From Calditrichaceae bacterium (GTDB taxonomy: Bacteria; Calditrichota; Calditrichia; Calditrichales; JBFXGD01), in assembly GCA_050173015.1 (NCBI GenBank), contig JBFXLE010000017.1, positions 30,806 to 94,805 of the forward strand: DNA of 64,000 nucleotides, given 5' to 3'. The position numbers and the translations under genes are program-made. The notes under the pieces were generated by a model. That model was given only the letters and a program-made list of their open reading frames with translations. It was not told the DNA's origin and made no database searches. Shown piece after piece: positions 52,372 to 62,225 of the stretch (position 1 is its first letter; every line of letters starts with the position of its first letter).

Positions 52372-53181
52372 TTAACTCTTATCTTTAACGATTTCACCAA
52401 TATAAAATACCGGATCTACCGGGTTACCGTTTTTCCATACTTCGAAATGCAGATGCGCGCCTGAACTGATCTTTCCGGTATCCCCCAAAAGCGCGATCAC
52501 CTGCCCTTTACTCACTTTTTCCATAACACCCACCATATTTCTTTCATTATGCTTATAGAGCGAAGAAAATCCGAATCCATGCTCTACAATCAGCACATAA
52601 CCGGCGTCATCCGTCCAGCCCGCAAAAGTTACAACACCGTCAGCGGTGGCCCGGATGGGAGAACCCATGGGCGCCGCGATATCAATACCCAGATGAGGAT
52701 CCGTAAGCAGAGAATTGACATCCAGACCGCGCGTCATAAATCCTTCAACCGGTCGGACGCTCGGGATTGAATTAAAGATTGTCTTTCTCTGATCAAGACT
52801 CATTTGCTCAAAATTTAATTTTGATAACACGAGTGTGTCGGCATCGCTTACTTTTTCCACGGAAACATAACCACTCAATGACGAACGGATCTGTTTTTCA
52901 AATTGCTGAACCTTGTTCAGATCCGCTTTTAACTGCTCCATCTGATTCAGACTTTTATGAAGTTTAAAATTCTCCTCCTCCAGTCTGTTGTAATCCAGCG
53001 CCACCTCCGCGACTTTCCAGTAACTCGCGGCGCCTGCCACAATAAGGACCACAATAGCGATGCCCGCTCCGATAAGAAGACTCAATATGCTTGTACGCAA
53101 CTTGAATGATCTCGGCGCGTCTTTGTTGTCCGGAACAATCAGAAATGAAAAATATTTTACTTTACGCTTTTTATGTCCCAT
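52372..53181 (-). CDS. M23 family metallopeptidase
   Basis: TM + coiled coil, HLGIDI, HLHFEV. Confidence 0.92.
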   Translation of the reverse strand: MGHKKRKVKYFSFLIVPDNKDAPRSFKLRTSILSLLIGAGIAIVVLIVAGAASYWKVAEVALDYNRLEEENFKLHKSLNQMEQLKADLNKVQQFEKQIRSSLSGYVSVEKVSDADTLVLSKLNFEQMSLDQRKTIFNSIPSVRPVEGFMTRGLDVNSLLTDPHLGIDIAAPMGSPIRATADGVVTFAGWTDDAGYVLIVEHGFGFSSLYKHNERNMVGVMEKVSKGQVIALLGDTGKISSGAHLHFEVWKNGNPVDPVFYIGEIVKDKS

Positions 53182-53191
53182 GAGAATATTC

Positions 53192-54061
53192 TCAACTTAT
53201 CTGTATTTTTTCCAAAATCTCAACAATACGATTTAGATCTTCCGGCGAATAAAAATCGATTTCTATCGATCCGCCTTCTTTGCGTGATCGTATACTTACT
53301 TTAGTACCGAACAGTTCCCGTAAATCTTCCTCAACTTTCTGAACAAATACCGAACGCCGGGCGCCGGAAGGCTGATTATTATCCGGTCTTTTGCCGAGAT
53401 CTTTTATCATTTTCTCGACTTTTCTCACCGAAAGATTATTTTTTACTATTTTTCTGAATATTTGATTTTGAACATCCTGCTCATCGATAGCCAGAAGAGC
53501 GCGCGCGTGACCCATCGAAATCTCATTTTTTTTGACGCTGGCCTGGATATTTTGCGGTAATTTCAAAAGACGGATGATATTGGCGATTGTCGTGCGATCC
53601 TTACCGATTTTTTGAGCGACGTCATCCTGTGTCAGATTACATTCATCTATAAGACGGTTGTAGGCGGTAGCCTGTTCAATGGGATTTAGTTTCTCTCTCT
53701 GAACATTTTCGATAATCGCGAGCTCCAGCATCTCCTCTTTTGTATCAACCACAATGATATATGCCGGGATTTTTGGCAAGCCAAGCTCCGTGACTGCCCG
53801 TAAACGACGCTCGCCCGCAATCAGCTCATAGTGATTATCCACTTCACGAACGGTGATCGGCTGAATGATACCTTTTTCCTGTATGGATGCCTTTAGTTCC
53901 CCGAGGGCAATCGGGTCAAAACCCAATCGGGGCTGATATGGATTGGCTTTCACCGCCGCCACGTCAATTTCAATCAGTTTTTTATTATCTGTGGAATCAG
54001 AGCCATCTGTTTCCGGTATAAGCGCGCTTAACCCGCGGCCCAGCCTATTTGTTTTTTTCAC
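53192..54061 (-). CDS. parB: Chromosome partitioning protein ParB
   Basis: [31 protein letters not shown]. Confidence 0.96.
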   Translation of the reverse strand: MKKTNRLGRGLSALIPETDGSDSTDNKKLIEIDVAAVKANPYQPRLGFDPIALGELKASIQEKGIIQPITVREVDNHYELIAGERRLRAVTELGLPKIPAYIIVVDTKEEMLELAIIENVQREKLNPIEQATAYNRLIDECNLTQDDVAQKIGKDRTTIANIIRLLKLPQNIQASVKKNEISMGHARALLAIDEQDVQNQIFRKIVKNNLSVRKVEKMIKDLGKRPDNNQPSGARRSVFVQKVEEDLRELFGTKVSIRSRKEGGSIEIDFYSPEDLNRIVEILEKIQIS

Positions 54062-54812
54062 CTATTACTTCCTCAGCGAGACTGATATAATTTTGACTTC
54101 CGATGCAAACCGCATCGTACATAATTATCGGCTTTCCGAAACTAGGCGCTTCACCAAGACGTACATTTCGGTTGACGACCGTATTATAGACTTTTTCTTT
54201 AAAATATTCTCTGACTTCCGCGGCAACCTGATTACATAAATTCAGCCTGTTATCATACATCGTGAGTAAAACTCCTTCAATAACCAGATTTTTGTTCAGA
54301 TTTTTCTGCACAAGGTGAATCGTATTCAGAAGCTGAGAGAGACCTTCAAGAGCATAATATTCGCACTGGATCGGTATCAAAACCGAATCCGCCGCGCTCA
54401 GGGCGTTTAATGTCAACAAACCAAGAGATGGAGGACAATCGATGATCACATAGTCATACTGTTCTTTTAATTTTGACAGACTGCCCGATAACCGGTGTTC
54501 CCGGCTACTGACTTCGACAAGTTCAATTTCGGCTCCGACCAACCTGATATGTGAAGGCAAAAGATCAAGATACGGGACATGAGTTTTTATCAAAGCGTCT
54601 GAAATATTCACATCCTCCAGCAATACCTCGTAAGTTGAGTATTTTTGACCATCGGGATCCATTCCGAGGCCGCTCGTGGCATTTGCCTGTGGATCGATAT
54701 CAACCAACAGAACCTGCTTTTCGGCAATAGCAATACAACTCGCCAGATTAATAGCCGTCGTTGTCTTGCCTACGCCGCCCTTCTGATTCGCAATCGCAAT
54801 AATCCTGCCCAT
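54045..54812 (-). CDS. parA: Chromosome partitioning ATPase ParA/Soj
   Basis: [33 protein letters not shown]. Confidence 0.96.
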   Translation of the reverse strand: MGRIIAIANQKGGVGKTTTAINLASCIAIAEKQVLLVDIDPQANATSGLGMDPDGQKYSTYEVLLEDVNISDALIKTHVPYLDLLPSHIRLVGAEIELVEVSSREHRLSGSLSKLKEQYDYVIIDCPPSLGLLTLNALSAADSVLIPIQCEYYALEGLSQLLNTIHLVQKNLNKNLVIEGVLLTMYDNRLNLCNQVAAEVREYFKEKVYNTVVNRNVRLGEAPSFGKPIIMYDAVCIGSQNYISLAEEVIGEKNK

Positions 54813-54936
54813 AAACTCCCATTCGCGTTTATAATATATCCTGGGTAAACGAAATTCAGCAATAAAAAACTGATTTAAATTAAGTTTTCAATTTAAATTT
54901 ATAATCACCTCAAATCAAGGCAATTTCGGAAGGCAT

Positions 54937-55989
54937 TTATTCTGAATTTGATTTGACCGCTTTTTTCCGGCTTTTTTCCATAAGCTCCCGCGCCTGTTTT
55001 AATCGCTTCTCATCTTTTTTTGAGAGATTTTCACCGTAATGGCGGTCCAGCGCGAGCTGACTATGTCTGAAACAAGCGGCCTCATCGCCAAGACGATGAT
55101 ATATTTCAGCGAGCCGCACCTGACAGTCAAGATAATGCATCGGATTGGACTCGGGATTTTTTTCCATCAAAGATAATATCTTCCGGTATGAGATGATTGC
55201 CTGCCGGTATTTTTTTGATTTGAAATAAGTATGCGCGTTTGCCCACCACATGAACTGACTTTCAGGATAGGCCTTAACTACTTTCTCAGCTAAAACTTCG
55301 GCTTCTTTATAGTCCTTATAATCCAGTAACACATAGATCAGCTGATGCATCGCCATGTATTTACTGTATGAATCATTGCGGACCGTTTTTTTTATATAAT
55401 CGATCCCCTGCTCACGATTATCGGAAATAAACGGGAGCCAAAGCGCATGTTTCACCCTGGAACTGACCCAGTAGTTATATGTTCCGACACCAAGATACGC
55501 GTCATACAACGCGCTGTCGAGTTCAACGGCGCGTTCCAGATATTTTTTGGCTTTAATTCCATTGGACAGAGCCGGATACCATTTCCCACACTGTCCTTCA
55601 TAATAAGCAAGATACCCATACGCGCTGCCCGCATAAAACGCTATTTTTGCAAGCGATGTTGAATCCATGTCAGGATTAGAATCAATTAATCTATCTGTTT
55701 TTCTGATCACTTTGTTTAACGCGTTGATAAACTCTTCTTCACCTTTTTGATTTTCAAAATGAGTCATTTTCGAATTCAGCACGGAAGCGTAGTAAAAATT
55801 AACATCGATGCCCGAATCACCGGCGGCCATTTTTTTAACCAGAAGAGATTCCGCTTCTGAAAAATGAGTATTGATGGTCAGATCAATGCTTTGCCTGATC
55901 CAATCGTCTTCCCCCGCCCGCAAGTTATACTGAACAAGGAGTAGAATAATGGGGATAACGCGCGCTGCTTTTATGGCTACAAATTTCAT
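54937..55989 (-). CDS. Exported TPR protein
   Basis: Leader peptide; KYLERAVELD...YDAYLGVG and further TPR-like helices. Confidence 0.7.
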   Translation of the reverse strand: MKFVAIKAARVIPIILLLVQYNLRAGEDDWIRQSIDLTINTHFSEAESLLVKKMAAGDSGIDVNFYYASVLNSKMTHFENQKGEEEFINALNKVIRKTDRLIDSNPDMDSTSLAKIAFYAGSAYGYLAYYEGQCGKWYPALSNGIKAKKYLERAVELDSALYDAYLGVGTYNYWVSSRVKHALWLPFISDNREQGIDYIKKTVRNDSYSKYMAMHQLIYVLLDYKDYKEAEVLAEKVVKAYPESQFMWWANAHTYFKSKKYRQAIISYRKILSLMEKNPESNPMHYLDCQVRLAEIYHRLGDEAACFRHSQLALDRHYGENLSKKDEKRLKQARELMEKSRKKAVKSNSE

Positions 55990-57626
55990 TTTTTTCTAAT
56001 AACCGCGAATTTTCCAATTTTTTCAAAACCATACGCTTCTATGACGTAAATATAAATACCGCTGGCAAGTCTTGTATTATTATGATCCCGTAAATCCCAC
56101 GCCAACCTGTTGGTCTGCTCATCGCCGGAATTTAGTGTCTTCAGATGTCGGCCGTTTAAATTATATATGTTAATGCTGCTGTTTGTCGGCACATTATAAA
56201 AATTTAATCCATCGTCACCGCTCCGGACCAAAACCGGATTTGGTCCTGTCTGAACAAGAGTTGTATCGGCAAAAAGGGCATATTCAAAATCCGCGTCAAC
56301 TTCTACGGGGTTGGATACAACCACAGCCAAATCACCGGATACAGACAGATTAACGGACTGGCTCCGGTTAAAGGAAACCGGATTGTATGCAGCGCCGGAT
56401 GATTCCACGTGGGTGTAAAGCGGTTCATTGCTCTCACTCCCGGTCATTGAGACATAACGTATCTCACCCACATCCTTAAGCAGCAGGTGCTTCATCGCGA
56501 GAGCTTTAACGGTCTCATTAAACTCCGCGCCGCTCGTAACCGTATAAATTTCGGAATCGCTAAAGCTGATCTCAGGATATTCGGAGGCCTCATCAAAAAA
56601 CATCCCCGGGATGGCTCGTCCACCTGTAAAATAAAGCCACACCCCGTATTCGTTCTGGCTGCGCGCCCAATCTGAATTATACCCTGAAAGAATTGTATTA
56701 ATCGCTTTGAAAGAGTCTTCCCTTAATATACGATCCCAGATCCGCGTGACAATCTGAACGCCATACTTCTGTTCGATCATATGGAGATACAACGCGTTTG
56801 CATACGGAAATAAACCGGAGTCACTTGTGAACGCCTCTGTATCGAGGCTATTGTATAGGGCGGGCAAATAGAGGTAATAATCGTTTATATAATCATAAAC
56901 AATATCCTCCATCCACGTGGAGGTCATTTCCAAAAAGTATAAGTCCTTAAAACCGCCGTACTCATCAGTCCAGACCCGGTATCCAAGCTGGATCGCGTGA
57001 TTAAATTCATGCGCGGCCGTAACCCGCAGACCATCGAGCCCCTGCGTATATAAGGCGGGATCATCGTAGTTATTTCTCAGCTCTATATAGCTCGTATAAT
57101 TCAGACCGGCCAGTGATGGAATATCAGCCATATTTACAATGGTCTGGCCATAAAAAGACGAACCAAGATTTTTGAAATAGACAGAATAAGTATCCACCGG
57201 TTTTCCGTCCATACCGGGCGGCGGCTGGAATCCCATTTCAGCCACTTCAACCTGCCAGACCTGATCGAGGATAACCGCGGCGGAGTCAATATAATCCGGC
57301 ACGCCGTTTCCTGAAATATCTTCGGTCGATACGGCATGAATGCCGTCGATATCAAAATAGAGCGTGAAATGCCCCGAAGGACTGACATAGGTTTCCTGCA
57401 TTTGCGGCGCGGCGGTCAGCATTTGTTTCGCCAACGCCTGATATTCGGGCGTCAGCTCGTTGAAATGTTGAATGACGCCGAACTGATATCTGAAACCACA
57501 ATGATCGGAGCCTTCGAATTCAATATTGCTGACACGGGAATCAATGTACGCTTCAAGCTCCTGTTGGACATCAGCAAATAGAATCACAGGGATGGTCAGA
57601 ACGAACAGAATTAATAATTTTTTCAT
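55986..57626 (-). CDS. Secreted zinc metalloprotease (MXAN_6640-like) with T9SS/FlgD-Ig-type C-terminal domain
   Basis: Signal peptide, TAAHEFNHAIQ HExxH, LEMTSTWME; C-terminal GPNP...IYNLNG...WDLRD...ASGIYIY...GKFAVIR. Confidence 0.8.
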   Translation of the reverse strand: MKKLLILFVLTIPVILFADVQQELEAYIDSRVSNIEFEGSDHCGFRYQFGVIQHFNELTPEYQALAKQMLTAAPQMQETYVSPSGHFTLYFDIDGIHAVSTEDISGNGVPDYIDSAAVILDQVWQVEVAEMGFQPPPGMDGKPVDTYSVYFKNLGSSFYGQTIVNMADIPSLAGLNYTSYIELRNNYDDPALYTQGLDGLRVTAAHEFNHAIQLGYRVWTDEYGGFKDLYFLEMTSTWMEDIVYDYINDYYLYLPALYNSLDTEAFTSDSGLFPYANALYLHMIEQKYGVQIVTRIWDRILREDSFKAINTILSGYNSDWARSQNEYGVWLYFTGGRAIPGMFFDEASEYPEISFSDSEIYTVTSGAEFNETVKALAMKHLLLKDVGEIRYVSMTGSESNEPLYTHVESSGAAYNPVSFNRSQSVNLSVSGDLAVVVSNPVEVDADFEYALFADTTLVQTGPNPVLVRSGDDGLNFYNVPTNSSINIYNLNGRHLKTLNSGDEQTNRLAWDLRDHNNTRLASGIYIYVIEAYGFEKIGKFAVIRKK

Positions 57627-57657
57627 TCAGATTTCCGTTGATAAACCATGCGCTCAA

Positions 57658-58968
57658 TTATTTTTTTCTGAATACCAGATTGATGGGAACACCCTTGTAT
57701 CCATACTGTTCACGTAATTTATTTTCTAAAAACCGTTTGTAACTTTCGCCAATCAGATTGGGAAAATTAGAGAAAAAAACAAACATCGGCGGATTGTCCA
57801 TAATCTGAGTGATATAGTTGATCTTAATCTCTTTTCCTTTTACCGCCGGCGGAGAGTGTTTCTGGATTAATGGTCTAAAATATTCATTAAGACCGGACGT
57901 ATCGATCCGTTTTTTGCGTTCTTCATAAACTTCCGTGGCAAGATCGAGAACTTTAAAAAGTCGCTGCTTTTCGAGCACTGAAACAAAGATTTGCGGGATA
58001 TAACGCAGCACGCCCATCCTCTCCTCATGATCCCGGCGGTAAGTTTCCATCGTTTTATCATCTTTCGAGATCAGATCCCATTTATTGAGAACCAGAACCA
58101 CGCCCTTCCGATTCGCTGCCGCTTCCCCCAGGACACTTATATCCTGCCGGCTGATGCCGTCATTCACATCCACCATATAGATGACCACATCCGCCCGTTG
58201 AATGCTTCTAAACGTTCGAAGATTACTGTAAAACAGTATATTTTCTTTGATTTTTGCTTTCTTTTTGAGTCCGGCAGTATCAATTAGAATATAGTCGCGC
58301 CCGTAATACGTCAATTTTGAATCGATTGAATCACGGGTGGTACCCGGGATGTTTGTGACAATCGACCGATTTTGCTCGAGAAAAGTATTCACAAGAGAAG
58401 ATTTCCCCACATTTTCTTTTCCGATAATAGCCAGCTTTATGTCAGCGGTATTCACTTCTTTCACATCATACTGTTTCAGCTTTTTTATCAGCACATCAAG
58501 AAAGTCACCGGTCTGCCGACCGATCATGGCTGAAACCGGCTGCGGGTCGCCCAGACCCAGCCTATAAAATTGTCCGACTTCAACATCTTCCCTCGCGTCA
58601 TCAACCTTATTAACGACAACCATCGTATCTTTATTTGATCGAAGCAGCATGCCGGCAATGCGTTCATCGGTGTCTGTGATTCCGGTTTTAGCGTCCACCA
58701 CAAAAAGCACCACATCCGATTCATCGATCGCGATATCCACCTGTTCGCGGATGGCGGCATCGATCATACTGTCCCCTTCCGGAAGATATCCGCCGGTATC
58801 GATGAGCGCGAACTGACGCCCGTTCCAGTTCACATGACCATAATTACGATCTCGGGTCACGCCGGGCTTATCATCTACAATCGCCTCACGGCTGCCAATT
58901 AAACGGTTAAATAGTGTGGATTTCCCGACATTGGGTCTTCCCACAATCGCAACAATCGGTTCACTCAT
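57658..58968 (-). CDS. der: Ribosome biogenesis GTPase Der
   Basis: Two G domains (GRPNVGKS, DTGG; GKENVGKS, DTAG) and KH-like tail. Confidence 0.98.
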   Translation of the reverse strand: MSEPIVAIVGRPNVGKSTLFNRLIGSREAIVDDKPGVTRDRNYGHVNWNGRQFALIDTGGYLPEGDSMIDAAIREQVDIAIDESDVVLFVVDAKTGITDTDERIAGMLLRSNKDTMVVVNKVDDAREDVEVGQFYRLGLGDPQPVSAMIGRQTGDFLDVLIKKLKQYDVKEVNTADIKLAIIGKENVGKSSLVNTFLEQNRSIVTNIPGTTRDSIDSKLTYYGRDYILIDTAGLKKKAKIKENILFYSNLRTFRSIQRADVVIYMVDVNDGISRQDISVLGEAAANRKGVVLVLNKWDLISKDDKTMETYRRDHEERMGVLRYIPQIFVSVLEKQRLFKVLDLATEVYEERKKRIDTSGLNEYFRPLIQKHSPPAVKGKEIKINYITQIMDNPPMFVFFSNFPNLIGESYKRFLENKLREQYGYKGVPINLVFRKK

Positions 58969-59050
58969 TCTGATTCCTTCTCAGCATCTAAAATCCTGGC
59001 AGGATACTGTACTGTCACTAATTTTCATGGTTGTTGATAACAAAAACTGT

Positions 59051-60394
59051 TTATGAAATCTCAGCTCTGTTTTTTATAATTTTCTCTGAAAGAAGCATAT
59101 CCGCCACATCTTCCAGTTCCCCAAGTGTTTCTTTATAAACATGACACGGCACGCCCAGTTTTTGCTGCAGATCATCCACAGTCCAGTCATCAAGAAACAA
59201 CCCGTCCTCATTCAGAACCCGCGGAGGAAGCAGGACAAAATCGCCAAGATCCTCATCTTTCAGACGGGCATAGATATCCTGAGCCACAAGTAGTCCCGAA
59301 ATTTGGATGGTCGGTCCATAAAATTTATTGACCACCGGAACAAGATTGATTTCAAGATTCTCAATTTTCCTCAGCGGATCGATGATAAATTTATTAAATG
59401 GTTCGCTCGCGAGAACACCGGTCACCCATGTAACACGGGTTTTCCTCGGCCATTTTTTCGCCATTCGCGGCCATTCTTTTTCAAAGGTATCAATCATATC
59501 CCGGAATTCACCGACACCGTTCTCGATCTGATAAAATTCATCATAATAATCCGCATCTGGCATCGGCTGATGGGCCTTGATGAAAAATTCATCCGACAGA
59601 TATACATAATTGATTCCGATTTCTTTTTTGATTTTTATGCGCATATCATCAACAATGTTGATCATATCCTGCAATTCCGCGGGCGTGTGGATGCGAAGCT
59701 GCATCAGCTTTTCCCTGAATTGCGTCAAACCAAGGGGCACTACGGCAATCGACTTGACCCAGGGATAATATTTTTGAAGATCATTCACCGTTTTTTCAAA
59801 AACCTTACCGTCGTTGATTCCCGGACATAGTACAATTTGCGTATGCAGTTCAATATGATGACGCGTGAGGAATTCAATTTTATCCAGCAGCTTATCATCA
59901 CGCTTGATGCCCAAAAGCAGTTTTCTCGCTTCCGCATCTGTCGCGTGAACCGAGATGTACAAAGGACTTAACCTTTGTTCGACAATTCTGTCAAGATCCC
60001 TCTGTTTTGTCGTCGTCATAGTCACATAATGACCATACATAAAAGAATAGCGGTAATCTTCGTCTTTAAAATAAAGGGATTTGCGCATACCCTTCGGATT
60101 CTGATACACAAAACAAAATACGCAGTTATTGCCACAGGCCATCAGATCCATTTCTTCCAGAACCAGACCAATATCCTCACCGGCATCCTTTTCTATCTCA
60201 TAAATGATTTCCTCGTCCCCGCGTCTGATGAGCACATCCACCAGTTCATCATCTATATAAAACCGGTAATCCAGACGATCCCGTATTTCGTTTCCGTTAA
60301 TTCGCACAAGATGATCTCCGGCCTGAACTCCGAGCTCACTGCCAATGCTGTCTTGTTCGATATCTATAATTTTGACCATGATTTTTACTTTCAT
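59051..60394 (-). CDS. DUF512 family radical-SAM-like protein with N-terminal PDZ
   Basis: CGNNCVFC motif, LYFKDEDYR, PLYISVHAT, QIENGVG; start may be ATG at 60379. Confidence 0.88.
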   Translation of the reverse strand: MKVKIMVKIIDIEQDSIGSELGVQAGDHLVRINGNEIRDRLDYRFYIDDELVDVLIRRGDEEIIYEIEKDAGEDIGLVLEEMDLMACGNNCVFCFVYQNPKGMRKSLYFKDEDYRYSFMYGHYVTMTTTKQRDLDRIVEQRLSPLYISVHATDAEARKLLLGIKRDDKLLDKIEFLTRHHIELHTQIVLCPGINDGKVFEKTVNDLQKYYPWVKSIAVVPLGLTQFREKLMQLRIHTPAELQDMINIVDDMRIKIKKEIGINYVYLSDEFFIKAHQPMPDADYYDEFYQIENGVGEFRDMIDTFEKEWPRMAKKWPRKTRVTWVTGVLASEPFNKFIIDPLRKIENLEINLVPVVNKFYGPTIQISGLLVAQDIYARLKDEDLGDFVLLPPRVLNEDGLFLDDWTVDDLQQKLGVPCHVYKETLGELEDVADMLLSEKIIKNRAEIS

Positions 60395-60478
60395 TTAAAC
60401 TATATCAGGCAAAGGCGAATTTAAAGATTGCCCTGCCTAAATGCAAGGTATGTCCCGGAGGGGCTCTACGTCACTGTG

Positions 60479-61349
60479 AGAAAAAAGATAAAAGATAAAG
60501 GATAAGAAGTTGTGCTGCTGTATTGAATCAGTTGGAAATGGACTTCCTGCTCTTTACTCATACACGCTTAACTCTTAACGTTCTTAAATTCTTGCTTCCT
60601 ACTTTCTATCCCTACTCTTAACTCTTTTCTCTTAACGCTCTTAATCTTTTTTCTTTTTTCTTTTTTCTTTTTTCTTAATTCCACCTGCCGCCGGAGGTGG
60701 CGCGGCTTTGTAGAGCATGGAATCCCGATGTCATTGTTCGACCCCGACGGGGTCGCGGGATGTCGCGGGGTCCGTTTTTCTACAAAAATGTCATCCCTTC
60801 GGGATTGAGATTGATGGATGCATTGAAAACTCCCGAAATAATGATAAATATTGCTAATTTGATAAAAACCTGATAGTGCCGCGGGGTTTTAGGGTAGCCG
60901 TTTTTCTACAAAAATGTCATCCCTTCGGGATTGGGGAATCAATTTTTCGCGGTTAAGTGCATTCGGTCCGTCCCTACTCTTAACTCTTAACCCTTTTAAA
61001 TTCTTGCTTCTTACTTCTTACTTTTCTTCTCATCCCAAGTAAGCAGAAGATCCCTGCGGGATGACGTGTACGGTGGCGTGTCGCGTAATTCCAAGGCGCC
61101 CTGACACTTACACTCTTAACTCTTAACTCTTTTCTCTTAACGCTCTTAAAATTCTTACTTCCTACTTCCTACTTCTTACTTTTTTGTTCTCAGCATTTTC
61201 CCAAGCAAGCAGAAGATCCCTGCGGGATGACACATCTGTGTTGATCGTCGGGCGCGAGTTCCCCTGCTCTTTTTTCTTTTATCTTTTTTCTTTTTTCTTA
61301 TCCTTCTTACTTCCCACTTCCTACTTCTTACTTCTTACTTATCCTCCTC
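60479..61349. repeat. Mosaic intergenic repeat region: REP-like hairpins plus pyrimidine-rich heptamer tracts
   Basis: ccgtttttctacaaaaatgtcatcccttcgggattg at 60772 and 60898; tcccaagYaagcagaagatccctgcgggatgac at 61033 and 61199; (ctcttaa)n, (cttcYta)n, (ttttttc)n tracts. Confidence 0.85.
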
Positions 61350-62225
61350 CTACTTCAAATACTCAAACCTCCGGTTCAGCATGATAATATAAATCATGCT
61401 GAATATGAAAATGATCAAAAACGTCGCGATGGAAACCATGGAACCGTACCCGAACTGAAGTGTCTGAAACAGTAATTTATAGGCGTAAATACTCAGGGTT
61501 TCAGTCAGATTGGCTGGACCTCCGCCGGTCATCACATAAATCAGATCAAAGACTCTGAGCGCGTCCATTGTCCTGAATATGGCTGTAATTAAGATGATTG
61601 GCATCATTAGCGGTAATGTGATATAACGAATCTGTCTGAACGCGCCCGCCCCTTCCATCTTAGCCGACTCATACAGCTCACCGGGTATGGTCTGAAGTCC
61701 GGCGTACAGTAACAGAGCCGCAAATGGGGTGGTTTTCCAGACATCCGCGAAAATAATACTCATCATCGCCCAACTGCGGTCGCCGAGCCAGTTTACCGGC
61801 GCGTCAACCATACCTGTTTGCAATAGAATAAAATTCAGTATTCCAAAATCGCCATTGTAAATCCACTCCCACATTTTGGCAGAGACCACGGTCGGAATCG
61901 CCCAGGGTATTAAAATCAATACTTTCAGAATCCTGCTGGCAAACAGGGGCAGATTCATAAGGAGAGCAATAATGAAACCAAGAAATATTTCAAGCGAAAC
62001 GGATATAAAAGTGAAAAATGCCGTGTTTATCAGACTTTGAAGGAAACGGATATCACTGAACAAAAACCTAATATTTTCCATACCGACAAATTCTGAAACG
62101 CCAAATACGGGCATTTTTCGGTAAAAGCTGAGAATAATCCCGTAACTCAACGGGAAGAACGCCACCAGGCCAATAACGATCAGAGATGGAAATAAAAATT
62201 TTCTGTACTCGTTCTTTATAATCAT
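61350..62225 (-). CDS. Carbohydrate ABC transporter permease (MalF-like)
   Basis: ADVWKTTPF, LYESAKMEGA EAA loop, TGGGP. Confidence 0.93.
   Translation of the reverse strand: MIIKNEYRKFLFPSLIVIGLVAFFPLSYGIILSFYRKMPVFGVSEFVGMENIRFLFSDIRFLQSLINTAFFTFISVSLEIFLGFIIALLMNLPLFASRILKVLILIPWAIPTVVSAKMWEWIYNGDFGILNFILLQTGMVDAPVNWLGDRSWAMMSIIFADVWKTTPFAALLLYAGLQTIPGELYESAKMEGAGAFRQIRYITLPLMMPIILITAIFRTMDALRVFDLIYVMTGGGPANLTETLSIYAYKLLFQTLQFGYGSMVSIATFLIIFIFSMIYIIMLNRRFEYLK

Noticed and set aside
54813-54936. oriC upstream of parA
   Set aside because: Short region, and no clustered TTATCCACA DnaA boxes were seen
60540-61349. Possible CRISPR array
   Set aside because: Repeats are of mixed types and irregularly spaced, intervening sequence is itself repetitive, and no cas genes are present
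61184-61384. 66-aa plus-strand ORF
   Set aside because: It is a translation of low-complexity heptamer repeats
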